Of a stretch of DNA of 32,000 nucleotides, positions 9,902 through 16,995 are shown piece after piece (positions within the stretch are counted from its first letter, which is position 1; every line of letters starts with the position of its first letter). The position numbers were made by a program, and so were the translations under genes. The stretch is from Candidatus Methylomirabilis oxygeniifera. GTDB taxonomy: Bacteria > Methylomirabilota > Methylomirabilia > Methylomirabilales > Methylomirabilaceae. The notes beneath the pieces were generated by a model. It was given only the letters and a program-made list of their open reading frames with translations. It was not told where the DNA came from and ran no database searches. Where the stretch lies: NCBI GenBank assembly GCA_000091165.1, contig FP565575.1, positions 480,001 to 512,000 on the forward strand, written 5' to 3'.

Positions 9902-10528
9902 GTGGCTAGATATCGGGATCCCGTGTGCAAGCTTTGCAGGCGAGAGGGGATGAAGCTGTTCCTGAAAGGGGATCGATGCTTCTCCGCCGCCTGCGCGATT
10001 GAGAAGCGGAACTACGCTCCCGGCATGCATGGCCAGCGACGGGCGAAGGTGTCGGACTACTGTAAGCAGCTTCGTGAGAAGCAGAAGATGCGCCGGATCT
10101 ATGGGGTCCTGGAAACGCAATTCCGGAAATATTTTCGTCTGGCTGAGCAGCAGACAGGAATGACCGGTGAAAATCTCGTCAGGATCCTGGAACAACGCTT
10201 GGACAGCGTGGTCCATCGCCTCGGGTTCGCCGCATCCCGTGCACAAGCGCGTCTGCTGATCACTCACGGGCACATCCTCGTGAATGGACGTAAAACGGAT
10301 ATCGCGTCCTATCGAGTTCGTCAGGGCGAGACGATCGAGGTGCGGCCCAAGAGTCGTGAAATGACGGCCATTAAGACGGCTCTTGAAGGGGTCAAGCGGC
10401 GAACATTGCCGAGTTGGCTTGAGCTTGATGCGACCAACATGAAAGGGACTGTCCGGTCGATCCCATCCCGGGAAGAGATCGCTATCCCAGTGGAGGAGCA
10501 GTTGATTGTTGCGCTGTACTCCAAATAA
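9902..10528 (+). CDS. rpsD: 30S ribosomal protein uS4 (four-Cys N-terminal form)
   Basis: 208 aa with a GTG start after GGGAGGAGGGG. MARYRDPVCKLCRREGMKLFLKGDRCFSAACAIEKR.. plus an S4 RNA-binding domain (RLDSVVHRLGFAASRAQARLLITHGHILVNG). Confidence 0.95.
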   Translation: MARYRDPVCKLCRREGMKLFLKGDRCFSAACAIEKRNYAPGMHGQRRAKVSDYCKQLREKQKMRRIYGVLETQFRKYFRLAEQQTGMTGENLVRILEQRLDSVVHRLGFAASRAQARLLITHGHILVNGRKTDIASYRVRQGETIEVRPKSREMTAIKTALEGVKRRTLPSWLELDATNMKGTVRSIPSREEIAIPVEEQLIVALYSK

Positions 10529-10549
10529 TGGTGGGCGTGGGAGGTTTTG

Positions 10550-11578
10550 ATGATTCAGAAGTTTAAGGGCATCCAGAAGCCAAAACGGCTGGAGTGCGAG
10601 CTGGAATCTCTGACCAGCACATACGGCAAGTTTTTTGCGGAGCCCTTTGAACGCGGATTCGGATTGACCATCGGTAATGCGCTTCGGCGCACCCTTCTTT
10701 CCGCCATTGAGGGGGCCGCGGTGACCGCGGTTCGAATCACCGGGGCGCTGCATGAATTCTCCACGATCCCTGGGGTGAAAGAAGATGTTACCGATATCAT
10801 TCTCAATCTCAAGGGGCTGCGGCTGCGACTTCACGTTGACCATCCTAAAACATTATATCTAAAGGCGTTTTCAGAAGGAGAGGTTCGAGCCGAGCATATT
10901 GTTTCGGATCCCGATGTCGAGGTCTTGAACCCGGATCTGCGTATTGCGACGTTGGAGCAGGATGGGAAGCTTGAGCTGGAATTGGAGGTTCGCCTCGGAC
11001 GCGGCTATGTTCCTGCAGAGCGAAATAAACGAGAGGGGCAGCCCGTCGATGTCATTGCCATAGACTCTATCTTCTCCCCGATCCGGAAAGTCAATTTCCG
11101 GGTCGAAGACACCAGGGTTGGCCAGGTCACCGACTACAATAAGCTGACCTTGGAAGTCTGGACTGACGGCAGTGTCCTGCCCCGCGATGCCATTGCGTAT
11201 GCGGCAAAGATCCTCAAGGATCACCTGAGCATCTTTACAAACTTTGAGGAAGAGCCGGAGGGTGAGGGGGTTGTTGTCGACGAGGCGAGGAAGCAACTGT
11301 TGGACAACCTCAATCGAAGTGTTGATGAACTGGAGCTGTCAGTACGATCGGCCAATTGTTTGAAGCACTCGGATATTCGATATATCTACGAATTGGTTGT
11401 CAGGAGTGAGGCCGAGATGTTGAAGACAAAAAATTTCGGCCGGAAGTCTCTGAACGAAATCAAGGAGATCCTTACCGGTATGGGGTTAACCTTAGGGATG
11501 AAACTGGAAGGCCTCCCTGTTGGCGAGTCGATTGGGAAACGCGGTGACAAGACCTCGAAGGCCTTAACGGGGGCCTGA
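10550..11578 (+). CDS. rpoA: DNA-directed RNA polymerase alpha subunit
   Basis: About 342 aa. The N-terminal domain has [18 protein letters not shown], and the C-terminal domain has [38 protein letters not shown] 10550 is 5 nt after GGAGG; the track start TTG 10547 is only 2 nt after it. Confidence 0.96.
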   Translation: MIQKFKGIQKPKRLECELESLTSTYGKFFAEPFERGFGLTIGNALRRTLLSAIEGAAVTAVRITGALHEFSTIPGVKEDVTDIILNLKGLRLRLHVDHPKTLYLKAFSEGEVRAEHIVSDPDVEVLNPDLRIATLEQDGKLELELEVRLGRGYVPAERNKREGQPVDVIAIDSIFSPIRKVNFRVEDTRVGQVTDYNKLTLEVWTDGSVLPRDAIAYAAKILKDHLSIFTNFEEEPEGEGVVVDEARKQLLDNLNRSVDELELSVRSANCLKHSDIRYIYELVVRSEAEMLKTKNFGRKSLNEIKEILTGMGLTLGMKLEGLPVGESIGKRGDKTSKALTGA

Positions 11579-11618
11579 GCTTGGCCTGGTTTTATACGGT
11601 CAGGCAGGAGTGCCTGCT

Positions 11619-12092
11619 ATGCGACATAGGAAAGCTGGGAGGAAGCTCGGTCGAACAACGGCTCATCGTGAGATGCTCCTCCGTAATCTGCTGACATCGC
11701 TCTTCCGTTACGAGAAGATCGTAACAACCGAGGCGAAGGCCAAGGAAGCGCGTAAGCTGGCAGATAAGATCATTACGCTTGCCAAGCGCGGAGATTTACA
11801 TGCGCGCCGACAGGCAGCGGAGGTTATCCAGGATGAGGATGTCTTGAAAAAGCTGTTTGATATGATCGGTAGCCGCTATAAAGATCGAAACGGCGGTTAT
11901 ACCAGGTTGACCAAGCTGGAGTACAGAATGGGGGATGGTGCGCCGCTTGCGGCCATCGAGCTTGTCGAGATCGGCGCAGTGGCTGAACCTTCGGCTAAGC
12001 CGGCGAAACGCCGTGGTCGGCGTGGGGATAAAGGCACGGTACCGAAGCCACGGCCGGCCGAACCCATAGCGGCTCAGTCGCCAGGTGCGTGA
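11619..12092 (+). CDS. rplQ: 50S ribosomal protein bL17 with a basic/Pro-rich C-terminal tail
   Basis: [24 protein letters not shown] is the canonical L17 N-terminus. ATG 11619 is 8 nt after GGAG 11607-11610; the track start GTG 11610 overlaps that SD. Confidence 0.94.
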   Translation: MRHRKAGRKLGRTTAHREMLLRNLLTSLFRYEKIVTTEAKAKEARKLADKIITLAKRGDLHARRQAAEVIQDEDVLKKLFDMIGSRYKDRNGGYTRLTKLEYRMGDGAPLAAIELVEIGAVAEPSAKPAKRRGRRGDKGTVPKPRPAEPIAAQSPGA

Positions 12093-12134
12093 AGTGGCGA
12101 TCGGTCCTTGAAGACCATAGGTTGATGTAAGCGT

Positions 12135-12177
12135 GATGCCCTTCCCGGTTCGTTCGGGAAGGGCATCGTTGCTTTTA
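12135..12177 (+). terminator. Intrinsic terminator of the alpha operon
   Basis: There is a perfect 13-bp GC-rich stem, GATGCCCTTCCCG (12135-12147) with CGGGAAGGGCATC (12155-12167). The loop is 7 nt and the stem is followed by GTTGCTTTTA. It starts 43 nt after the rplQ stop. Confidence 0.85.
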
Positions 12178-12276
12178 CGGGGAGAGGATTTGCCCTTTAC
12201 AACCCGTGGGCCGTTATGGTACGAGAAGGGCCTCGGAGGGTTGAGCGGCCCGTACGATATACCGGGGGGAAGGGCA

Positions 12277-14361
12277 ATGAGCGGAACAGAGATAGCCAGG
12301 ATACGAAACGTTGCCATGGTGGCCCATGGGGGCGCTGGGAAGACGACGCTGACTGAGGCGATGCTGTTTGATGCCGGCGTGACGTCTCGCCTTGGGACAG
12401 TTGAAGACGGGACGACCATCACCGACTTCGACGAGGATGAGGTCAAGCGGAAGACGAGCGTCAGCTCCGCTCTCGCCTTCTGCGAGTGGAAAGGATACAA
12501 GCTTAACGTGATTGACACCCCTGGAGCCTCTATCTTTCTGACCGACACCAGGAACTGTCTGAGAGTCCTTGACGGCGCCGTTGTGGTAGTGAGTGCCGTC
12601 TCCGGTGTCAAGGTGCAGACAGAGAAGGTGTGGGCGTGCGCTGAAGCGGAAGGCCTGGCCAGGATGGTTTATATCAATAAGATGGATCAGGAGCAGGCCG
12701 ACTTCTTCAGAGCCTTGGACGATATTCGCAAGAACCTCTGCCAGGCGGCGATACCCGTCCAACTTCCGGTAGGCGCGCACGCGTCCTTTGCGGGCGTGAT
12801 CGATCTGCTGCGGATGAAAGCTTTGATCTACCAGGACGACCTGACGGGGCAGTGTTCCGAAGGAGAGGTTCCTCGAGAGCTGAGACCGAAGGCGGAGCAG
12901 TTTCGGGCGACGCTGATGGAGGCGGTTGCGGACAGCGACGATAGGCTGTTGGAGAAGTATCTTGAAGTCGGTGTGCTCACCGATGAGGAGTTCAAGGTCG
13001 GATTACGGCGAGCGGTGATTGGGGGAAAGGTTGTTCCGGTTCTCTGTGGTTCGGCTGTCAAGAACATCGGCGTGCGACCTATGCTTGATCTCCTGACGGA
13101 ACTCTTTCCATCTCCGGTGGATCGCGAAGCGATGACGGGGATCGATCCGAGGAGCGGCGAGCGAGCGACTCGAGAAGGTCGCGAGGATGCTCCGCTCTCG
13201 GCTTTAGTATTTAAGACACTCGTCGATCCCTACGCCGGTAAGATTAGCCTTCTCCGAGTCTACTCCGGGGTGCTTTCTTCCGATTCGAACGCCTACAACA
13301 GCACCAAAGGGTGCAAGGAAAGGATCGGTCAAGTCGTACTGCTCCGAGGTAAGCATCAAATACCGGTTCAGACAATCGTGGCCGGAGATCTGGGGGCTGT
13401 TGTGAAACTCAAGGAGACCAGCACCGGGGACACCCTTTGCGACGAGCGAAGCCCAATCAGTCTGGAGTCTGTTGGGATTCCACATTCTATCGTCGAGTAC
13501 GCCATTGTACCGAAGACAAGAGGGGATGAGGAAAAAATGAGCTCTGGACTCCAGCGGCTTCGCGAGGAGGATCCATCCCTTCAGATTCGGCGCGACCCGC
13601 AGACCAAGGAGATCATCCTGGCCGGGATGGGTAAGACCCACTTGGAAATTGCGGTCGATCGCCTCAAGCGAAAGTACGGACTCGAAATTCAGATGAAGAC
13701 GCCGCGCGTGCCGTACAAAGAGACCATTCACGGGCGAACTGAGGTTCAGGGAAGGCATAAAAAACAGACCGGAGGGCACGGCCAGTACGGCGATTGCTGG
13801 ATCAAACTTGAGCCGCGTCCCCGTGGTGCCGGGTATGAATTCGTCAATCAAATCGTGGGAGGAGCGATCCCCAAGCAGTACATTCCCGCGGTGGAGAAAG
13901 GGATCATCGAGGCGATGGAAGAAGGGAGTCTGGCCGGGTACCCTGTTGTGGATGTCAAGGTGACCCTCTATGACGGTTCATACCATTCTGTCGACTCCTC
14001 AGAAATGGCGTTCAAGATCGCGGGGTCGTTGGCGTTTAAGAAGGGGATCCTGCAGGCGAATCCGACTCTTCTGGAGCCGATCATGACGGTCGAGGTGATG
14101 GTCCCGGATGAGTGTATGGGGGAGGTGATCGGCGATCTGAACAGCAAACGGGGACGTGTGGTGGGCGTAGAGGCCAAAGGGAAAGCGCAGACGATTAAGG
14201 CGCAGGCCCCTCTGGCCGAGTTATTGGAGTATGCCACGCAGCTCAAGGCCATCACCGGCGACCGCGGTGACTATACGGTGGAGTTCTCCCACTACGATGA
14301 GGTCCCTCCGCATCTGAGAGAGCGGGTGATTGCAGAATTGAAAAAGGCGAAAGGCGAATAG
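12277..14361 (+). CDS. Divergent elongation factor G paralogue (EF-G II / EF-G2-like translational GTPase)
   Basis: 694 aa from ATG 12277, with GGGGGGAAGGG upstream. G1 is AHGGAGKTT, G3 is DTPGAS (no His) and G4 is NKMD. The EF-G domains III-V are conserved (KKQTGGHGQYGD, YHSVDSSEMAFKIAGSLAFKKG, LLEPIM, FSHYDEVP). The track start GTG 12133 lies inside the terminator stem, so I rejected it. Confidence 0.9.
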   Translation: MSGTEIARIRNVAMVAHGGAGKTTLTEAMLFDAGVTSRLGTVEDGTTITDFDEDEVKRKTSVSSALAFCEWKGYKLNVIDTPGASIFLTDTRNCLRVLDGAVVVVSAVSGVKVQTEKVWACAEAEGLARMVYINKMDQEQADFFRALDDIRKNLCQAAIPVQLPVGAHASFAGVIDLLRMKALIYQDDLTGQCSEGEVPRELRPKAEQFRATLMEAVADSDDRLLEKYLEVGVLTDEEFKVGLRRAVIGGKVVPVLCGSAVKNIGVRPMLDLLTELFPSPVDREAMTGIDPRSGERATREGREDAPLSALVFKTLVDPYAGKISLLRVYSGVLSSDSNAYNSTKGCKERIGQVVLLRGKHQIPVQTIVAGDLGAVVKLKETSTGDTLCDERSPISLESVGIPHSIVEYAIVPKTRGDEEKMSSGLQRLREEDPSLQIRRDPQTKEIILAGMGKTHLEIAVDRLKRKYGLEIQMKTPRVPYKETIHGRTEVQGRHKKQTGGHGQYGDCWIKLEPRPRGAGYEFVNQIVGGAIPKQYIPAVEKGIIEAMEEGSLAGYPVVDVKVTLYDGSYHSVDSSEMAFKIAGSLAFKKGILQANPTLLEPIMTVEVMVPDECMGEVIGDLNSKRGRVVGVEAKGKAQTIKAQAPLAELLEYATQLKAITGDRGDYTVEFSHYDEVPPHLRERVIAELKKAKGE

Positions 14362-14444
14362 GCCGTCCCTTATCCGCTCTCCCCCTATCTCCTTCCTTGA
14401 TTTCCCCTGTACAATGTAAGAGAAGCATGCTAATTTATATTCAA

Positions 14445-14477
14445 CGGGCCAATAACGCCCGCTCTTTGTTTTATAGG
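14445..14477 (+). terminator. Weak terminator-like hairpin with a T-rich tract upstream of rimP (EF-G2 terminator or rimP-nusA leader attenuator)
   Basis: CGGGC (14445-14449) pairs with GCCCG (14457-14461) around a 7-nt loop, followed by CTCTTTGTTTTA. The stem is only 5 bp, so this is a marginal call. Confidence 0.3.
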
Positions 14478-14489
14478 GGATGGTATGAC

Positions 14490-14951
14490 ATGGCTGGTGA
14501 GGTTGTAGAGCGAGTCAGAGCGATCGCCCTTCCGCTCTTCACTGAGTTGGGACTGGAGCTGGTAGACGTTGAGTTCCGTCGAGAGGCAGGCGGATGGATC
14601 CTGCGCCTGTATCTCGACAAACCTGATGGGGTGACCTTGGATGATTGCCAGCGAGTGAGCGAAGAGTTGAGCGATCTTCTTGACGTAGAGAACATCATCC
14701 ACCATCCCTACACGCTTGAAGTGTCCTCTCCTGGTTTGAATCGACCGCTCCTTCGAGAGTCGGATTTTCTCCGCTTTGCGGGCCAACGGGCGAGAGTCAC
14801 GACCTTGCAGGCCGTCGCCGGCCAACGACGGTTTCTTGGCGTTCTGAGAGGTTGCGAGGATGGACAGGTATTGCTGGAACGGGAAGACGGTACGACTGTC
14901 CTCATCCCTTATGCGGCGATTTCGAAGGCTCGATTGGATCCAATCCTCTAA
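14490..14951 (+). CDS. rimP: Ribosome maturation factor RimP
   Basis: 153 aa from ATG 14490, 9 nt after TAGGGGA. LELVDVEFRREAGGWILRLYLDKPDGVTLDDCQRVSEELSDLLD..YTLEVSSPGLNRPL is RimP-like. It lies upstream of nusA. The longer track ORF from 14397 adds a non-homologous AT-rich leader. Confidence 0.92.
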   Translation: MAGEVVERVRAIALPLFTELGLELVDVEFRREAGGWILRLYLDKPDGVTLDDCQRVSEELSDLLDVENIIHHPYTLEVSSPGLNRPLLRESDFLRFAGQRARVTTLQAVAGQRRFLGVLRGCEDGQVLLEREDGTTVLIPYAAISKARLDPIL

Positions 14952-14955
14952 AGAG

Positions 14956-15022
14956 CAGGGTATAGGGTATAGAAGTGAAAAAGGCATTCATTTCGTTCCT
15001 AGACCCTAGACCCTATACCCTG
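14956..15022 (+). repeat. Inverted heptamer arrays forming a perfect 13-bp stem in the rimP-nusA spacer
   Basis: The left array is AGGGTAT x2 (14957-14970). The right array is TAGACCC TAGACCC TATACCC (15000-15020). CAGGGTATAGGGT (14956-14968) is the exact reverse complement of ACCCTATACCCTG (15010-15022). The stem abuts the nusA SD, GGAG 15022-15025. Confidence 0.8.
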
Positions 15023-15030
15023 GAGTAGAT

Positions 15031-16332
15031 ATGGGTATTGATTTACTACAAGTGATAGAACAGGTCGGACGCGAGAAGGAGATCGATTCGGCCGTACTGA
15101 TTGAGGCGGTGAGCGCGGCCATTCTCTCGGCGTCCCGTAAGACCCTTGGGGCCGCCCTTGACCTTCGTGTTGAGTTCGACCAACGGTCCCGTTGCTTTAT
15201 GCTGTACGCAGTGCGTAAGGTTGTAGAGCAGGTTGTGAATCCGCATGTCGAGATCGCCATCGATGAGGCCCAGCAGCTCAACCCGGAAGCCCAACTCGGC
15301 GATGAGACGAAGACCGAGTTGAAGGCAAAGGAGTTCGGCCGAATCGCCGCCCAAACGGCGAAACAGGTCATCATCCAGCGAGTCAAGGAGGCCGAACGGG
15401 AGAGTGTGTTTCAGGCCTTCAAGGCCCGTGTGGGCGAATTGGTTGGGGGTGTCGTCCAAAGAGTAGCGAAGGGCAACGTTATCGTTAATCTTGGGAAGGC
15501 CGAGGCGATTCTTCCTCCCAGAGAACAACTTCCCCGTGAGGATTACAGGGTCGGCGATCGGATTCGAGCCTATGTACTGGATGTGAAGAAATTACCGAGA
15601 GGGTCCCAGATCGTCCTTTCACGAACCCATCCCGGCCTCCTGGCCAAGCTGCTCGAGATCGAAGTTCCAGAAATCTATGAGGGGATCGTTGAGATCAAGG
15701 CGGTGTCCAGGGATGCGGGTGAACGAGCGAAGGTGGCTGTGGCCTCACGCGACAGCAACGTGGATCCGGTCGGGGCCTGCGTCGGCTATCGCGGCAGTCG
15801 AATTCAAGCAATCGTCAGGGAACTGATGGGTGAGAAGATCGACGTCATTGCCTGGAAGGATGATCCGGCTTCCTTCGTCAAGAGCGCGCTTGCCCCGGCT
15901 GACATTGAGAGCGTTGAGGTTGTGCAGGAGACGCATACCCTTCACGTGCTAGTGGCTGACGGTCAGCTCTCGCTGGCCATTGGGAAACGGGGACAGAACG
16001 CTCGTCTGGCGGCCAAGTTGTTGGGCTGGAAGGTCGATGTGAGGGGCCGTGGCGAGATCCAGAAAGCGTCGGAGGAGCGGCTTCAGCCGGAGTTCGAACC
16101 CGTAGCGTCAACAGTGGAGGGCCGGGCCGGTACGGACCTGCGGTTGGCGGAGGTACCGGGCGTGGGGGAGAAATTGGCCGATCGCCTGATCGAGGCCGGT
16201 GTGGACAGTTGCCGGAAACTGGCCGACGCGTCGGATGAGGCCTTGGTTCAGGTGGAGGGGATTGGTCCAAAGACAGCCCAAAAATTGATCGAGGCTGCGA
16301 AGGCCGCCCTCGCCTTGAGGGATGCAGAATAG
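15031..16332 (+). CDS. nusA: Transcription termination/antitermination factor NusA
   Basis: 433 aa with an N-terminal domain, an S1 domain (GELVGGVVQRVAKGNVIVNLGKAEAILP), KH domains (PGLLAKLLEIEVPEI, GACVGYRGSRIQAIVREL, LAIGKRGQNARLAAKLLGWKVDV) and a C-terminal HhH repeat. Confidence 0.97.
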   Translation: MGIDLLQVIEQVGREKEIDSAVLIEAVSAAILSASRKTLGAALDLRVEFDQRSRCFMLYAVRKVVEQVVNPHVEIAIDEAQQLNPEAQLGDETKTELKAKEFGRIAAQTAKQVIIQRVKEAERESVFQAFKARVGELVGGVVQRVAKGNVIVNLGKAEAILPPREQLPREDYRVGDRIRAYVLDVKKLPRGSQIVLSRTHPGLLAKLLEIEVPEIYEGIVEIKAVSRDAGERAKVAVASRDSNVDPVGACVGYRGSRIQAIVRELMGEKIDVIAWKDDPASFVKSALAPADIESVEVVQETHTLHVLVADGQLSLAIGKRGQNARLAAKLLGWKVDVRGRGEIQKASEERLQPEFEPVASTVEGRAGTDLRLAEVPGVGEKLADRLIEAGVDSCRKLADASDEALVQVEGIGPKTAQKLIEAAKAALALRDAE

Positions 16333-16995
16333 GTGGCGGCTGAGCCTTTACGATCGTGTGTGGCCTGCCGCACCAGTCGGCCGAAGGGGGAGCTTATTCG
16401 TGTGCATCCTATTGCCGGCGGGGGACTGGGTGTGGACCTGGGTGGGGGATCGGGTCGCGGGGCGTATGTCTGCCCGAACCACGACTGCTTAGAGCAGGCG
16501 GTAAAAAGGGGTGAGTTTGCGCGCTGCCTGGAGGTGGCGGTTGCGCCGATGACGGTGGAGACCCTCGAAGAGCTGATTCGAGAGCGCGTCCGCCGCAAGG
16601 TCGCCGCTCTCCTTGGACTTGCGCGCCGAGCCCGTAAGGTTGCGTCAGGCGCAGAGGCGGTGGATCGGGCCATCAAGCGCCATGCAGCCCGGTTAATTCT
16701 GAGTGCGGCGGACGCATCGGCGAACTCGGTGGCGAAGTTGCGGAGTGTGGCCGCACAGATTGGCATCGCATGGATGCAGGCCATGGACAAGGAGGAGTTG
16801 GGAGCCGCTCTCGGAGGGGGTCCCCGAGTGTGTATTGCCGTCATGGATCCGCACCTTGCAGGAGCGCTGATGTCTGCGCTGAATAAGATACCAGTGGTGA
16901 TGGAAGCGAGAGAGGGGACACGGTCAGACCGCCGAGTTGGAAGACAGAGCGGAGCGTCGAAAGGTTTGGGGGTGATCCGGCGTGGGAATGATTAG
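16333..16995 (+). CDS. ylxR: Fusion protein: YlxR/RnpM-like (DUF448) N-terminal domain plus L7Ae/YlxQ-like C-terminal domain
   Basis: 220 aa with a GTG start immediately after the nusA stop. Residues about 6-70 ([45 protein letters not shown]) are DUF448-like. Residues about 90-186 ([53 protein letters not shown]) are YlxQ/L7Ae-like. Confidence 0.85.
   Translation: MAAEPLRSCVACRTSRPKGELIRVHPIAGGGLGVDLGGGSGRGAYVCPNHDCLEQAVKRGEFARCLEVAVAPMTVETLEELIRERVRRKVAALLGLARRARKVASGAEAVDRAIKRHAARLILSAADASANSVAKLRSVAAQIGIAWMQAMDKEELGAALGGGPRVCIAVMDPHLAGALMSALNKIPVVMEAREGTRSDRRVGRQSGASKGLGVIRRGND

Noticed and set aside
12190-12220. A promoter for the EF-G paralogue (TTGCCC or TTTACA with TATGGT).
   Set aside because: The spacings are 19 nt and 13 nt respectively, and the hexamers are weak. 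The sequence alone does not support a call.
12133-12276. A 48-codon N-terminal extension of the EF-G-like ORF (track start GTG 12133).
   Set aside because: The proposed start lies inside the 13-bp stem of the rplQ terminator. The extension has no EF-G homology. ATG 12277 has a good SD and gives the canonical distance to the G1 motif.
14397-14441. A sigma70-type promoter for rimP-nusA-infB built from TTGATT, TACAAT and TATATT.
   Set aside because: No pair of these hexamers has a 16-18 nt spacing: TTGATT to TACAAT is 7 nt, and TTGATT to TATATT is 33 nt. I report it only as an AT-rich candidate region, not as a feature.
14397-14489. A longer rimP ORF starting at 14397.
   Set aside because: The extra 31 codons cover the AT-rich leader and the hairpin with its T-tract. 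RimP homology begins at ATG 14490, which has an SD 9 nt upstream.
14956-15022. Whether the inverted heptamer arrays here and at 8822-8920 are MITEs or insertion-sequence remnants.
   Set aside because: Both are under 100 nt, with no flanking target-site duplication that I can see, no transposase anywhere in the window, and two loci with different sequences. A REP-like family remains possible only if more copies exist elsewhere in the genome.
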